Origin: Hamiltosporidium tvaerminnensis FI-OER-3-3
Taxonomy: Eukaryota > Fungi > Microsporidia
Reading direction: 5' to 3'
NCBI GenBank assembly: GCA_022605425.2
Contig: CM061256.1
Location: 124,001-188,000, forward strand
Length of the DNA: 64,000 nucleotides
Of the stretch, positions 22,028 through 36,300 are shown one piece after another. The notes beneath the pieces are model-generated. The model worked only from the letters and a program-made list of their open reading frames with translations. It was not told the DNA's origin and did not search any database. The translations under genes and the position numbers were made by a program. Positions within the stretch are counted from its first letter, which is position 1; each line of letters opens with the position of its first letter.

Positions 22028-24555
22028 TTTCTCCAACAATATTTTTCTGAGGTTTAAATCATTAAAGCTAATAATTGAAATATTCTATGAATTTTTTTTA
22101 TTGATAAAAAAATATTTTAATTTAATATAGCAACAAAATTTAATTAATCAGACTAATTTTTGCATTTTTTTAAAACTATTTAGTTTCTGTAGGATTTTTA
22201 GTAAAATTACATAGATTACCAAAAAAAATCAAGAATCTATACTCATAATAATCGTTTTTGTAATGAAGATTTATGCCTAAGATGATAAATTAATACAATA
22301 TAAAAACAATTAAAAGTAAAAAATTTGGTACTTTAATTACAAATAAATGCAAGTAAAAAGCATACTTCGTGTTTTTTTTGCTAAAATGCGCTTCAGTATA
22401 TTATAAGAATATTTCAATACAAGAAATAAATTAAAAAAATACATTCCTCGGTGTTAAATATCTATATACTTTAGATTTTAATTTTTTCCTGTTTCATTTT
22501 TACAATAAAAATTATACATTTTAGATCTTATAATTTGTACAGAAGAATAATTTTTAAAGTATAAAATGGTAATAAGAATGTTTTTAATTTATATCTGTTA
22601 AATTTGCAGTTTTTTTATAAAGTTTAGTACATTATTTCTTCTGATTATTTATTTAAAGCTTTATAATATTTATAATACAACCTTTTTTCATAATAAAGTA
22701 TCTTTTTACTATTAAAAAATTGGTAGTTAATATTTCCATTATTGAGCAAAACGGATGATTCATTAGTTAATTTTAAAAAATTCACTTATTCAGGCCAAAA
22801 GGTTTATTTACTAGATAGTTATATGTAAATCAGAACATAAAAGCGTTAGTTAATTTTTTTAAATATTTTTATAGAAAGATTTATCTAAGGATTCTTTTAT
22901 GTTTTGAAATCGAATTACTGTGAAAAATTAGTTTAATGTGGCCTAAACAATATTTTTTTAAAAAAACGTAAAATACTTCAAAATGAATATGATGTGTTAA
23001 TACTGAAAGAAAAACAAAAAGAAAAACTTTATCAAGGGTTTAAACGGTTCTAAATTAATACTATGCTCATAAGAGTTATGAAATACAATAAAGATAACAA
23101 GTATTAGTATAAAAACACGTTCTCTTATACTTTTTAACACGAAATACACAAAAATTCTATAAACCTCAATAAATTTATCGAATTTTCAAATACTGAATAT
23201 TTCAGCCAATAAGTACAAATATAGGAAAATAAAAGCGAAACCGAAATCAAAACATAAGTTAGCGGTTAATTTTATTATTTTAATATCTTAAGATACCATA
23301 ACTCAAATGAATTCCTTATATCGATATGTATTTTATTAAGAAACATTTATCTTAAAATTATATCTTCGAGTTGAAAAGTATATTTCCAGCCATCTATAAT
23401 AAATTTCTCTAGAGTATTTAGATTTCACATTTTTACCACTTAAAAAGTATCTTAATTGGTTTAAAACTTAGATTAAATTAAGAAATATTTACAAGCAATT
23501 TAAATTTATTGTATGAATTATATTTATCAACATCAATAACTCTTTTTAAGAAAAAACAATTATATAACAAAAAAAACCATGAATTTATTTACGTTTAAAC
23601 AATTGATATTCATTTATTAAAATAAAAATCCGAATTTCCTGGGTATTTTTAATTTAATTAAAGTTATTTGAGTATTAGTAATATCATTCGACTCAACTGA
23701 ATCTTAGTCTGTTGAATAATCTTTTATAACTTTGAAAGTTTTATATTTGAACTAGAAAAGAAGTATATTCAAAAATTTTTATTGTTTATCTGATACAATA
23801 TTATCTAATTTGATTTATAAATTTTTTTATTTGGATTTGGCTGAATCTCGAATCTTTTGAATATTTAAATTCCATGTTTCTTGCAGTCTAAATATATGTT
23901 TAAAATTTCAAAAACAAAATTGGATAATGAAGCAATATATTTATTTATATTGATTTTTCATTGCTCAGATTATTGGGATTTCTATTAATATTCTATTTTA
24001 ATACAGTAGATTTGGCTTATGTAACAAATGTAGGTAGAAGTCAACTTTTATAATTAGCAATATTATAATATTTATGTCCATTGTTCTTTGCTCGTGGTTA
24101 TTTTTATGGTATAAATGAGTATAATTTAAGTTTTATTCAGTGCTTTAAAGTTATTATAAATGTTAATAACTTGTAAAATATAGAGGATTCTTTTAATTCT
24201 TACCTAATTAAATAAGAATGAAGCAATCAGAAGTTCCCATATTAAAGTTATTTTAAGACATTTAAAAAGCAAAATAGATTTATGAAAAATATTGACTCGA
24301 TTTATCTTCATTTTTAAGAACTTTGTCCAATCGATTTTCAAAGACTATTGTTTTTTGTATCTAGTAGAGGTTTACTACTTGGATAAACTTCGATAACGTC
24401 CTTTTTTATCGCATAAGAAACTTATTATAAAAACATTGTAAAAATACTAGTTTGATAATATTTAATAATATCATTAGTTCTTTAATATTTTTAGTTGAAA
24501 TATCATAATTTACGTTTCTTCTAATTCGTGCAACTTTAATACATATCAATTAAAT

Positions 24556-25341
24556 CCGGACTCTACAAACTACGGGCTGCGGGCCAAATCTGACCTGCGG
24601 TCACTTTTCATCAGGCCGGTGGCCACATTTTTCTGAATAGCTACGATTTTTCTATCAAGTAGATTTTTTAAAAAAATACGGAAATAAAATAAAAGAATAT
24701 ATATAAATCTACAAAAAAAATTCAAATATAGAAATTTAGACATGAATTTGTAATACAAGGAAGATTCATAGAGTTTTCACTATTTTTTTAAACTAGCAGT
24801 TATTTTTTTTATTATTTTATAGTAAAAAATCAAAATGAAATAAAAAAAATATATGGCATAATTTATTATAAATGAGATTGATATGTTGAGATTTCTAGGT
24901 GATAATTTGTGGAAATTGTGGGTTAGATTTACTCTTAGAGATTTACCGTAACGAATTCAAGTGTTATATGTTAATTTAGATCTGTAAAATGTTTTTTGCA
25001 TTTCATTTTAGAGAATGTTTCTTCGCACAAATAGGTAGAGCTGAAAGCGGAAATAAAACTGCGAGAGAATTTATGAACATGATTGAATTGCGTAGTGGGA
25101 AAATTCTTATAAAATTTTAGTGAATTATTTGTCTAATTAAATATAAAAATATGGTTAATATACATGTTTACCTTTAGAAACATCTATATGAAACTTTAAA
25201 ATTTTGATTTAAAAATATTTATAATTAAAATTGCAGAAATATTATTCAGAATGGTGACATAAAAATTAGTGAGTTCTTGGCGCGCGGGAATTTTTTTTAG
25301 AACTCAATTTGGTACGCGTCCTAAAAAGTTTGGAGACCCTA
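24556..25341. mobile_element. ~786-bp non-autonomous hAT (Buster/Charlie-type) element
   Basis: Left end CCGGACTCTACAAACTACGGGCTGCGGGCCAAATCTGACCTGCGG resembles Charlie-type CAGGGGTCTCCAAACTACGGCCCGCGGGCCAAATCCGGCCCG. Right end AAAAGTTTGGAGACCCTA. 8-bp TSD AATTAAAT (24548-24555) / GATTAAAT (25342-25349). Confidence 0.75.
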
Positions 25342-27592
25342 GATTAAATAATAAAAATGAGAGTTATCTTAAATGCCGAAGAGAAGAAGATTTGATATTT
25401 TGTAGTTGAATATTAAAAAGATATTTTCCTGACTGCTTTCTATAATATATAAAAAATGACAACAGCGATTCTCTTGATATTAAAAAGAATGCACCCTAGA
25501 AAGTGTATAAAATATGCTCCTAATGATTTTGAAAACATATATTAGCTATCAAATTAGTTATTGAAACAAATAATTTGATTTTTTAACTGAAGATCGGATA
25601 ATTCATATTATATCTTATAAATCGATGATTTAAATTTAATGGTAAACTATGTTCATATAATATAATCCTATTACACGATTTTTTAATTTATTTAAAAATC
25701 TTTATATTAACATTTTAGGAAGATGAAATTATAACCGTTTTGTTAAAAGCAACTTCAAATATAAATTTTATGTTTGTAAAATCCATCATTTTCATTCTAT
25801 TTATAATTATTGTGAATATTTGCTTTTCTAAAATAATTGGCTAGAAAAGTGTAACTATGTTATTTGAAATAAAATAATTTAATAATAATTTTGATATTTG
25901 AATCAAAAATCATTAAACGAATAAATTTTACGAAAATCTAGATGGTTGTAAATTTTGCTATATTTGTTTCATATCATAGTAAAAGTACTAGATTTTTTTT
26001 GGATTGGTATGCTGAAAGAGTTAATCCAGTTAAAAATGATATAAGAAAGAACGCTCTAATCTAGTATTAAAATGTATTACCTTAGAACCAATGTTGGTGG
26101 TTTTAAATATCTAATCAAAAATGTCTAAGAAACAAAAGAAAAAAACTACTTATTTTAAAAGTATGAGAGGTAATATAGATAACAATACCATTTATATGTA
26201 AGAAAATACATTAAAACCTAAGAACTTGATGGGACTCATGAAACGAAATTTTGATTTTTATTTACTTCTGTATAACTTAAGTAAGAAAATCAAGATGCAA
26301 TGATAAAGTGAACCAAATTCGATTTAATAAGATATTTAAATAGAAAAAAACTTAATAAATATCCTATAGTTGCGATGCTAGTTTAAAAAAATATGTTGAA
26401 AAGAGCGCGATTTAAATGTATTTAATCACTCCTGGAACCTCTATCAATACAGCATTTTATAGGTATTTTTATTTTATCGAAATTTGAAAAATCAACTCAA
26501 TTTCGTACATTAAAACGCCGAAAATAGTTTATAAATAAACTTGAAATCGAAAACTTTGTTTATAGAAAAATAAAATTATAAAAAAGTTACATTTTCTATG
26601 GGCGGGTGTCAAATATATTTTCATAGCTTTTTTGATTTTGTATACATTGAACACACATGACCGTACTTATTCAAAGTAAAAAATTTATTTTATCTGATTA
26701 TTGTTAAAAAAACCCGTTTTTTTTACCATGAATACTTACATTGCATAAATATCTAGTTTGCGTTTTGATTTTTCAGTACAAAAGTATTTATACAAAAAAT
26801 TCAAATTTCTGGCTTTTTTTTTAGACCCCAATCAAATGAAACAAATCTAATCAGCAAGTAACATTAAAAAAACAATAACTAGCAACACTGAAATAAAATA
26901 AATTGAAAAAAAAAGTGTGCTGTGCATATTTTGGCAGTTATAGCATCTAGCTTTATATGAGACAATAAAAAACTGCAAATATTTGGACAATCGAATACCA
27001 AACTACATATTGATACGGATGAGTAAAATATGATTCCATTAAAGAATAAAAACACAGATTGTAAATTATTTTTTTAGAATAGCCACCAAATACTTAAGAC
27101 ACATGCTGAATTCACGGTTCTTCAACTCGATAATATCTTTAAATTAATGTCGAGAATTTGAAAATTTTTAATAAATAATCAATGTTCAAACTCCTTTCTT
27201 AGTGTTTACTATAGATAAATCTGGTTTTAGCTCATAATCTGCGATGTTTATATATTCTATTTTGATACCTACTATCTATTTGCAACAATCATAAATTTCA
27301 ACATTGCACAAAGAGAATATTCGCATCGGAAAACAGATTTAAGTGCCAATAGCAAATAAAGAAGGCTTGGTACATAGCAGTAAATTGTATATGATTAAGC
27401 ACTTTTATATATTTTGCGTTGCTTATCTATAATTATAAATATTAAAAAAATAAAATCGGATTAGAGTTTACAGTATATAAATTTTAAGAGTTTTATTGAA
27501 GTATTCACATAAAATGAATACACATGTATTATATCTCATCTTTAGATAAAATCGAAATTTTTTGATTACTGGGGTGTAAAACAGTGAAGATA

Positions 27593-29935
27593 TTAAAAAA
27601 TTTCAATATTTTTTTCATTCAGATATCTACAAATTTCATTGTAGTTAATATCCTCGGTTACAAAATTTGTTACAATCTGAATGATTGGTAAAGATACGAA
27701 GATAAACTTTGCAATATTTAAATTCAAATCGTCTAATTCGATCGATATTTTTGTCAAATTTTTAAAATTTTTTAAATATATAAGATCTTCAATTTTTATC
27801 CTGACAAAAGACAAATTTAAATTTACTAGAGAATTAAAAAAGCCGCAATCATTACCTAAATTACAAAAACTGCAGTCATTGAATTTACATCCACAAAGAA
27901 TTAATTCTTCCAAAACTTCAATTTTTTTGATTCTATTCAAATCATTAAAATACAAATCATTATATTCATAGGAAATAATTTTCAACTTTAAATTGCACAA
28001 AAAACTAAACATTGATAAATTCACAAGCAAATAATTGCATTTCCATAGATATATATATTCAAGAGAATCAAGTTGACTAAAAATATTGAAATTTTTTATT
28101 TCTTCTAAACTGGTCCCGTCGAGATTTAAATAATTGATATTTTTTGAATTAAAATTAATATTAGCACAATTTATATTTGGTTTAATGGTACAGAATTGTA
28201 GTTTTAATATTTTTAAATTTTCTAATTTAAAAATTTCTTCTAAACAAAGCTGACTAATCGTTATTTTCTTTAATACAAGCTTAATAAGAAATCTATTATT
28301 TTCAAATAAACTAACCAAAAGAGTATCATTGTCAAAAAATATGTTTTCTAAGTGCAAAGCTTTTATTTTAGAAAATTTTAATAATAATGAAAAGGATTCA
28401 AACTCATAACTCAGTTGGCATATTTCTAGATATTGTAGCTTTTTCATATTCTCAATAACTTGGCACAAATATAATTTATCTTTTTCAACCGTTAAATTTC
28501 CTTTAAGTTTCAAAGTTTTTAGGTGTTCAAAGTTGTTTAAGCACTTGATAAAAGATTTTGATATTTTTCGGAAGCAAAACTGTGCTTTGAAATACACGAC
28601 ATTCATTTTACGATTTAAATTCTTAAATTCCTGCAAAAAATACTCTTCTGCAATTATTGATCGAAAAAGAAGTATAATTTTACTGACATTTGCGCTCGAA
28701 AAAAAATTATTCCACCAGTTAACGCCAATAAAAACGTTTTTAAAATCGATAAAATGCAATGTTTCATTTGAAGCTGAGTACACATCAGTAAAACCATAAT
28801 GTTCCATTATATTTACATTGTATAGCACCAGACCTTTAAGTCCACCTTTTTTTAAAAATAAACCCAGGATGCTTTTTGAAACTACTATATTTTTTAAACT
28901 TAGATATTCTATGTTTAATTCAAAGACCGCTTTCACTTTAGATATAAAGAATGAAGAAAATTTGATAAAATTTGCCATAACTATTGATTTAAAAGTGTGG
29001 ATTGAAAGAATAAAGAAGTGTAAATTACGATCAAATATTTCGCATCCTTTATAACTATTTATTATTAAAGATTTTATGTTTGTTTCATTCAATAAAAGTT
29101 TAAAAATTTTACGTGTGTTAGTATCTTTTAAAATATTTTCTAAAATACAAAATACTCTAAAATCGGTAATCAATAAATTCTTAAACGGAATATTTTCATC
29201 GAAAAGTGCAACATCATAAAATTTTCTGGAATTTTCAAATAAAATTAGATTTCCATTATGAAATTCATAATTTATCATATAAGAATTTAAAAAAGTAGAA
29301 AATATATTTTTCTTAATCGAAAAATCTATTCTGGTAAGAAAATTAGAATTAAATATTTTTTCAAAATCGAAATATTCATTCCTTCTTGCACCATCATTTT
29401 GATGAAAGAAATATTGGCAGATTAAAGCCTGATAGAATTCGAAGAAGTTTTTATTCTCTACTGCTTTTAAGAATTTTAATAAAATCATCATATATTTGAA
29501 TTGATGATTATCAAGATTATTCGGTATCTCTGTTATATCTTTAGATAATTTCAGAAAATAAGATAATCCATGCCCACATTGAATCATTCCGTTCCTAGCT
29601 TCATTTTCTGATGCACTTGATACTAAAAAACTGTTTAAGACTTCAAATTGAATAAAGTTATCTTCACGGTAAATAAATATAGGGTTTTCTTCAGAATAGG
29701 ATTCTAAATTCGCATCAGCAAAAAAAAATATTTCATAGTCTTCATTAAGTACTTCATTAGACATTTTTTCACAGCAAAAAAAAAGAATTTCGGAATTTTC
29801 GTTTCTTTTAAACCTATATCTAAATTTTCTAGCATTTATCTGTTCAAATGATATGATTTTATACCATATATAGATCCAAATAAAAATATATCCATTGAAA
29901 ACCATGTTCATTCTCATATATCTATAGACATTCAT
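27593..29935 (-). CDS. Leucine-rich repeat protein, paralog 2
   Basis: 780-aa ORF with hydrophobic N-terminal segment, the same family motifs (NENSEILFF, QFEVLN, LSYFLKLS.DI, IPFKNLLI, WW..FF) and LRRs. Confidence 0.9.
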   Translation of the reverse strand: MNVYRYMRMNMVFNGYIFIWIYIWYKIISFEQINARKFRYRFKRNENSEILFFCCEKMSNEVLNEDYEIFFFADANLESYSEENPIFIYREDNFIQFEVLNSFLVSSASENEARNGMIQCGHGLSYFLKLSKDITEIPNNLDNHQFKYMMILLKFLKAVENKNFFEFYQALICQYFFHQNDGARRNEYFDFEKIFNSNFLTRIDFSIKKNIFSTFLNSYMINYEFHNGNLILFENSRKFYDVALFDENIPFKNLLITDFRVFCILENILKDTNTRKIFKLLLNETNIKSLIINSYKGCEIFDRNLHFFILSIHTFKSIVMANFIKFSSFFISKVKAVFELNIEYLSLKNIVVSKSILGLFLKKGGLKGLVLYNVNIMEHYGFTDVYSASNETLHFIDFKNVFIGVNWWNNFFSSANVSKIILLFRSIIAEEYFLQEFKNLNRKMNVVYFKAQFCFRKISKSFIKCLNNFEHLKTLKLKGNLTVEKDKLYLCQVIENMKKLQYLEICQLSYEFESFSLLLKFSKIKALHLENIFFDNDTLLVSLFENNRFLIKLVLKKITISQLCLEEIFKLENLKILKLQFCTIKPNINCANINFNSKNINYLNLDGTSLEEIKNFNIFSQLDSLEYIYLWKCNYLLVNLSMFSFLCNLKLKIISYEYNDLYFNDLNRIKKIEVLEELILCGCKFNDCSFCNLGNDCGFFNSLVNLNLSFVRIKIEDLIYLKNFKNLTKISIELDDLNLNIAKFIFVSLPIIQIVTNFVTEDINYNEICRYLNEKNIEIF

Positions 29936-30429
29936 AATGGGATTAATTAAGGATATTTAAATATTTTATTAAGAATATTAAATTAAAAAATTATATTATC
30001 TGATAGCAATTTAATAACATCGTTTTTGTGGCAACTAATAGTTTATAACGTTATTATAATGTAAAAACATTCTAGTACTTCACTTTCAAAATACTTCAGA
30101 AAAAATCATTTATTCATTTCTTTAAATTTATAATAAATTAGATTAAATCAATATAAGATAAGAAATTTTATTTAAAAAGTTTTTCCTTTGTTTTTTTAAT
30201 ACGAAAAACGATTAAAAACTAAATTTTTATATCTTAACAATGGTTTTATTGTTTGACAAAAAAAGCCTTGCAAAGCTAAAGATTTCTTTTGTTTTATTGC
30301 AAAAACTGATATATTCATTTACTTCTATTATCTATTAGTTTAGTGAATGTATTAAAAAAAAAATTTGATTTTTGATTAATTCATCTGACGCGCTTCTATA
30401 CTAAAAACCAACAAAAAAAAATTAACGCT

Positions 30430-30920
30430 TGCCAGCCAGTAAGATGATCTTTGGGTTTGTTTACGCATAGCATGGTAAAATAACTATTGTTATAAAATAA
30501 ACTGTCATTATAACTAAATATACAAATAAAATATTAAATATTTTATTATACAAGTAAATAGCGATGCACATCAGTCGATAGTACTACAAAGCTGTCGAGT
30601 TTATTTCTTTTGATCAAGAAAGAGAAATCGAGTATCAAATAATCCGGAAAGAAATTAGAAAAGAATATCTAGAAATTCAATACAAACGTGAAAATATACA
30701 ATCACTCTATACGTTGACAAAAAATTTACGCAAAAAAAGATAGTGTTATCAAATGAGATATAAAAGGGTTGCCTTAAATTATTTATTAAATACCACAGTC
30801 GAGGTATTGATTCAAAATATAGAGGAAAGTCAAATATCACGGAATTCTAAGATAAAACTGGAGAGACGAAAAACAAACAATTTAATCAAATATAAATAAA
30901 GGTACTTGGCATTAAATAAA
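30430..30920 (+). mobile_element. Old relic of the R4-like element 3' region (endonuclease C-terminus)
   Basis: GCACATCAGTCGATAGTACTACAAAGCTGTCGAGTTTATTTCTTTTGATC vs GCATACATTCAGTCTATAGTACTTAAAAAGACAGTCGAAACTATTTCCTTTGATC in copy 2. Boundaries approximate. Confidence 0.6.
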
Positions 30921-33336
30921 TTTTAATTTAAACACTATATTAATGATAAAAAATTGAATTTTTTGTTGATGAAAATTGTTAAGTTTATGGCTTTTAGAAT
31001 GCGTAAGTCATAATTCAAGTGAGAAAAAAAACGAACAGTCCTTAATTTTGGGTTATAATTGAAATTATAAAAGTAAATTTAAGATTTAGATAATTCCTAG
31101 GCGAGTTTTTGATTGTAATTTTGGTTATCGAAAATATCTTTTGATTTTTACAACCTTTTATTTCCAAGCAATTTATATATCATGTGTTTTTTCTGTTCTG
31201 CTAACTTTGATATCAAATCACATGAGAATAATGGAATTCAAATTTATATAAAAATTGATTTGCAGCACATTATCAGAGCCTATAATTCAAATTAAAATAA
31301 TCTGATATCAACCAAAGCTCTAAAAACTTAATTATTCATATTTTAAATGGTAATATTACAAAATATTCTAAAAATTTGAGAAAAATTGCTTTTGCATTTA
31401 ATTTTTCATTATCAATTAATTTTCATGTTTTTTTTTTGTTATTCGATTTCTCATTTATACTTTATTTTTCTATCTTGCATTTTTATAAACACTAAAGAGT
31501 TTTATAAATGAATATTTCTTTGCTAAGTTTTTTTTTCTGGTTTATATGTTTCCTGATAAATATGTTATTTGCTTTTTTTTCTTCTTTAGATTTCTGAAAT
31601 CTTTTTTTTGTAAACCTGTCTACGGAGATGCTTTGATACCCGTTGTTACATTTTTAATCAAATATAACATCCTAGACGTAGCTTATTTTATTTCTAGTAT
31701 ACAAATACTTGTTTTATTTGCTACTTTAAACTTTTACAGAATAAATTTAACGTTTTGCTGCGGTTTCTTAAAAACATATCTAATAGTGATTATTTTTAAA
31801 CCACTTGTTAACGACTAATTCAAGCCAAAAAGAGTGGTTATCTTAGTGATTAGTGAAAGTTTTGAAACAGATTCTCCTGAATATCAATTCAATATCGATA
31901 ATTCATGTTCCATGTCTTTTATAAATTTATTATATGTTACTAGCAAATTAAACGAATAATGATTGCTGTCTGCTTCGTATCTCTATCAGTAACTAATATA
32001 CGTAATTTTTAAGTCATAAAAGATTTCTATGAACTTTAGAAATAAAATTCAGGCTCGAGCTATGTTTTATAACTGTAAATTAATTGTATAAAAAAAATAT
32101 ATATATTTTATCACGAATTGGTACACAAATGTGCATTTCTCACAAGTTGCGTGTGACTCAATATGTATTCTGTACTAAATATGTAAATTTATAGTATATT
32201 ATAGTATTTTGTATTTAAGTGTTAAATTATTCTGTAAATTCTATCAAAAAATGAGATGAGAGTTTACAAATTTAGAAATTTTAAATTAAATCTTCAAATC
32301 TTTATATGATTTTAAAATTTGTGAATTAAATTCTTAATTACATATTTAGCAAGAATATTTTACTATCTTCCATTGTAACCTATTTGTGCGAGGCCGAATG
32401 AACATTAAATAAAAGTATAAAAACAGAAGAAGTGTTTTATATACTATAGTACTATGCTATTGTTTCAGTTAATTAGGCAATTTCAAAAGCAAATATAAAA
32501 TGTTTTTCTATCAGAAATATAATTATAATATGTATTTACTAGCTGTTTAAGATAATCAAAACTGTAAAATTGGTTTTTAAAATTTTTCTTTCTGAAATTT
32601 ATACTAAATTTATAGTAATTTTGAAAAATTTAATTGTTCCTTTCTTGATATTTGTTATTTCTAGTTAAATAAATTTTATTGAATTCATTAAACTGCAAAT
32701 ATATATTTTTAGTATAAAAAACTTTGAATTTTTGATTAAATTTAAGGAAATAGAAATTATATTAAAAATAAAACATTTAAACCGGAATTATTTTATAACT
32801 GAAATGCCTAACTTTCTGTTTTGAATTTACTCATTTGAATAATTAGATTTAATTATAATTACTTTGATTTTTCTAGAATTTAATTATAAATAGAAAAAAA
32901 TATATTTAAGTAAACTTTTCGGCGTTTATATATGCAAAGTTATAGTTCCTCTATCACATCTGTTTCCTTTTTTGGTGTTTTTATCTTATGTAGCTTACAT
33001 AATCAAAGAGTAGAAATAGAAAAAATACTTGGTGCTCTAACAATTGAATCCCTTTTAGATTAACCGAAACACTTTTATAATAGAAGGAATGAATAAATTA
33101 CCCTTTCATTCTGAACATTATAATATGAATGATAAATCCAAACAAATACTCAAGGATTTGAATTTAGTCAACAAAAATAAACTTTCGAAAAAATTCAAAC
33201 TCAACCAATATATAAAATCTCATACTTATTTCTGTGTTTGAGCAATAAACCTTTAAAATTACGTTTTTTTTATCTTTTATTTAATTAAAAAGGAACTTCG
33301 TATAATATAAAAATTTAAATTGTTTATATATTCTTG

Positions 33337-36300
33337 ACTTAAAATGGGTAGAAAGAAAAATGTTAGCAGCGAAATATCGAATAATACCAAAATAAAGGCT
33401 GCAAACGACGCTGATGAGGTGAAAAAGAGTGATAGTGAGATACAAAAATGTAAGCTACACCCACCGGCGATTCCCCTACCTTCCTCCTCCTACACAGCAA
33501 TAACACCTCCACCACCAAGCCAAACATGCAGTAAAATGCAAAATAGTGGGCTTGACACCTTACCTTCGCCTAATGCACCAGTTCCCTCTTCGGTTGAAGT
33601 CTCTGCGTGCGAGCCATCGTACGACATGACAAGCCCCTGTACTCTAGCTATTCCGGAAGGTAACAGGCTAATGGCATTGCGGACGATATTCGATTCCGTA
33701 ACAGCCGACCCGAAGGAATGGCCTCGAATTGTTTTTTTTGCAGTACAGACAAGGTTTGAAAGAATGCCAAGAAATGGCTGGACAGAGCTTCACAGGTACT
33801 ATAATGAGAAATTCGGCTGCACTGAAACTCTCGAAGTGTTAAAAAAATTGGCACAAAGTGAGATGGGAAAGGATGTAAAATCAGAAGAGAATGGAGAGCG
33901 ACGTAGAATCGCCACTTGTCTCGCTGATACATGCACCTTGACCGACACCACGGAGTACATAAACCTGAGAGATAAATTCTTGAGTAAAATCAAAGAAATC
34001 TCTGAGAACGAAATTGGAAAAGTGGTGGTCCGAACTAGAAAACATCCAAATGAATTGGTTGATAGTAAAGTTCTGGATCTCATAAATCGAGTAGTCGGTG
34101 AATATGCAGGAGCTCATGTACCTGAGTCAATTACGGAAGCTGCGTATATCATGCAAGCTGCGCAGGTATGCTATGACGAGGCAACACGTAAAGAGAAGCC
34201 TAGATCCGCTTGGAAGGAAAACATAGAAAGTAAAATTTCTAAGTTAGTACTTTCCAAAGATCTCCTCGAGAAAGCTCGTAAGCAGGAAAAGCTCTCCACT
34301 TCGGAAACGAAGAGCCTTAAGAAAATCATGCGAGAGTTTAATTTAAACTTGAGCAGCGTAACTGATCTTTCTGAGGCTTTAGTTAAGAAGAATGAGTCTT
34401 TGAATGTTTACGAGAAAAAAATTACGATGCATGAAAGTAGGAAGCAATTCCGAAAAGAGAATCGTATGTTTGAGCTTTTCCGAGGTCGATTTTATCGTGG
34501 GTTATCCGAGCGTGTGGAATCCGAGCATGTGGTTAGCCGTGATGAAATTGTGAGTTTTTGGTCTACAATGTGGAACAAAAATGATGACACAGTCACGTAC
34601 GATGATTATTTGATTCCATTTGTATCAGATAATCATCCGACCACGTTTCCTTCACTTGATGAATTTGTAAATATCATTAATTGGCTTCCCAATTGGAAAG
34701 CTGCTGGAATTGATGGTATTTACAATTTTTTCATTAAGAAACTTACAACTCTTCACAAATATCTTTATGATATTGTGAAAGTTATATGTTTAGAAGGAAC
34801 ACCTCAAGCTGATTGGTTTTACTGCGGGCTTACGTATTTGATACCGAAAGGAATTCCACGAAGAGGCTCTGACTACAGGCCAATCACTTGTATGTCCAAC
34901 CTCTATAAGTTAACGACAAAGTGTGTAACGAAAGTCGTTCAACTTGAAGTGGAAAGGCGAGGGTTGCTTTCAGAGAACCAATTAGGGGCGGTAAGAGGTG
35001 TGCAGGGAGCGAAAGAGCAGGCTCTACTGAATATTGCCTTAAATAAAGAGTATGGAAATAATCTTAAGGCAACATGGATTGATGTTAAAAAAGCTTATGA
35101 TTCAATAGATCATGCTTATTTAACTCAATGCATTGAAAACCTTAATTTACCTGATTGGATCCTGAAATTTATTAAGGTAATTATATCAAAATGGAAAATT
35201 GATATATCAGTAGGGCCTGAAAAAATCATGAGCAAGAAGATTGATAGAGGGATTCTACAAGGAGATAGTCTGTCACCTTTGTTATTTGTGTTGTGTATGG
35301 ATCCATTAAGCCGAAAGCTTAATGAAAAATACACAAAAGTGACAGTACAAACAGATGCAGAATCCCATTCTACTAATCATCTCTTGTTTATTGATGATCT
35401 TAAGCTCCTTGCAAAAGACAGCTCCACATTGAGTGCTATGACAGGCGAGGCAAAGGAATTTTTAGAGGTGATTGGCTTAGAGATTAACAAAGAGAAGTCA
35501 GCCACAAATGATACGTGTTGTGAAGATACTGCTACTCTTCTAGAAGGTGTTAGTGTTTACAAATATTTAGGAATAATAGAAGATAGCAGAGGAATCCCAA
35601 CACGTAGCTCATTTGAAGAAGTACAGAGCAAACTTATATCAAGAGTTGAAAGACTTTGTCACACTAGATTAAATGCAAAAAATTTATTTTCTGCAATCAA
35701 TCAACATGCGATATCGTTAATCAACTACCACATAGGAGTACTTCGACTTGAACCAGCTGACTTCTCTAAGTTAGATGATGCAGTGCGTGCGGTGTTGGTT
35801 AAAAATAAGATACATCTCCGCCCAGGATGTAAAGAGCGGTTGTATCTTCCTAGAACAGAACTTGGAAGAGGCCTACATAGTGTTGAGTTGCGAAGCGAAC
35901 ATATGCTTCTGCAACTCTTGGATTGTCTGGAAAAAAGTAAAGAAATATCAACTAGACGAGCAGCAATCCTCAAGGTGGAGAATAATAATAAAACCCATCT
36001 TGCACTAATAAAAGGCTTCTTAAAAGTAAAGTACAGGTTGGTAGAAGAAGTCACTAAGAAAAGTTTAGAAGAAGCTCAACTTGCAAAACTATATAACGAA
36101 ATAGAAAAACGAAAACTCCATTCAAAGTTATATAATGCAAGGAAAAATGAGCTTGTGAGTGTTAGTGACTCTTCAAGATGGCTAAAGAGAGGAAATATTA
36201 GGCCACGAAATGAAGCTGTGTTCTGCTATATCCAGGATAGAAATGTATTCTGGGGAGCAGATGGTGTGTGTCAACATTGCGGGAAGTCTGGTAAGACTGT

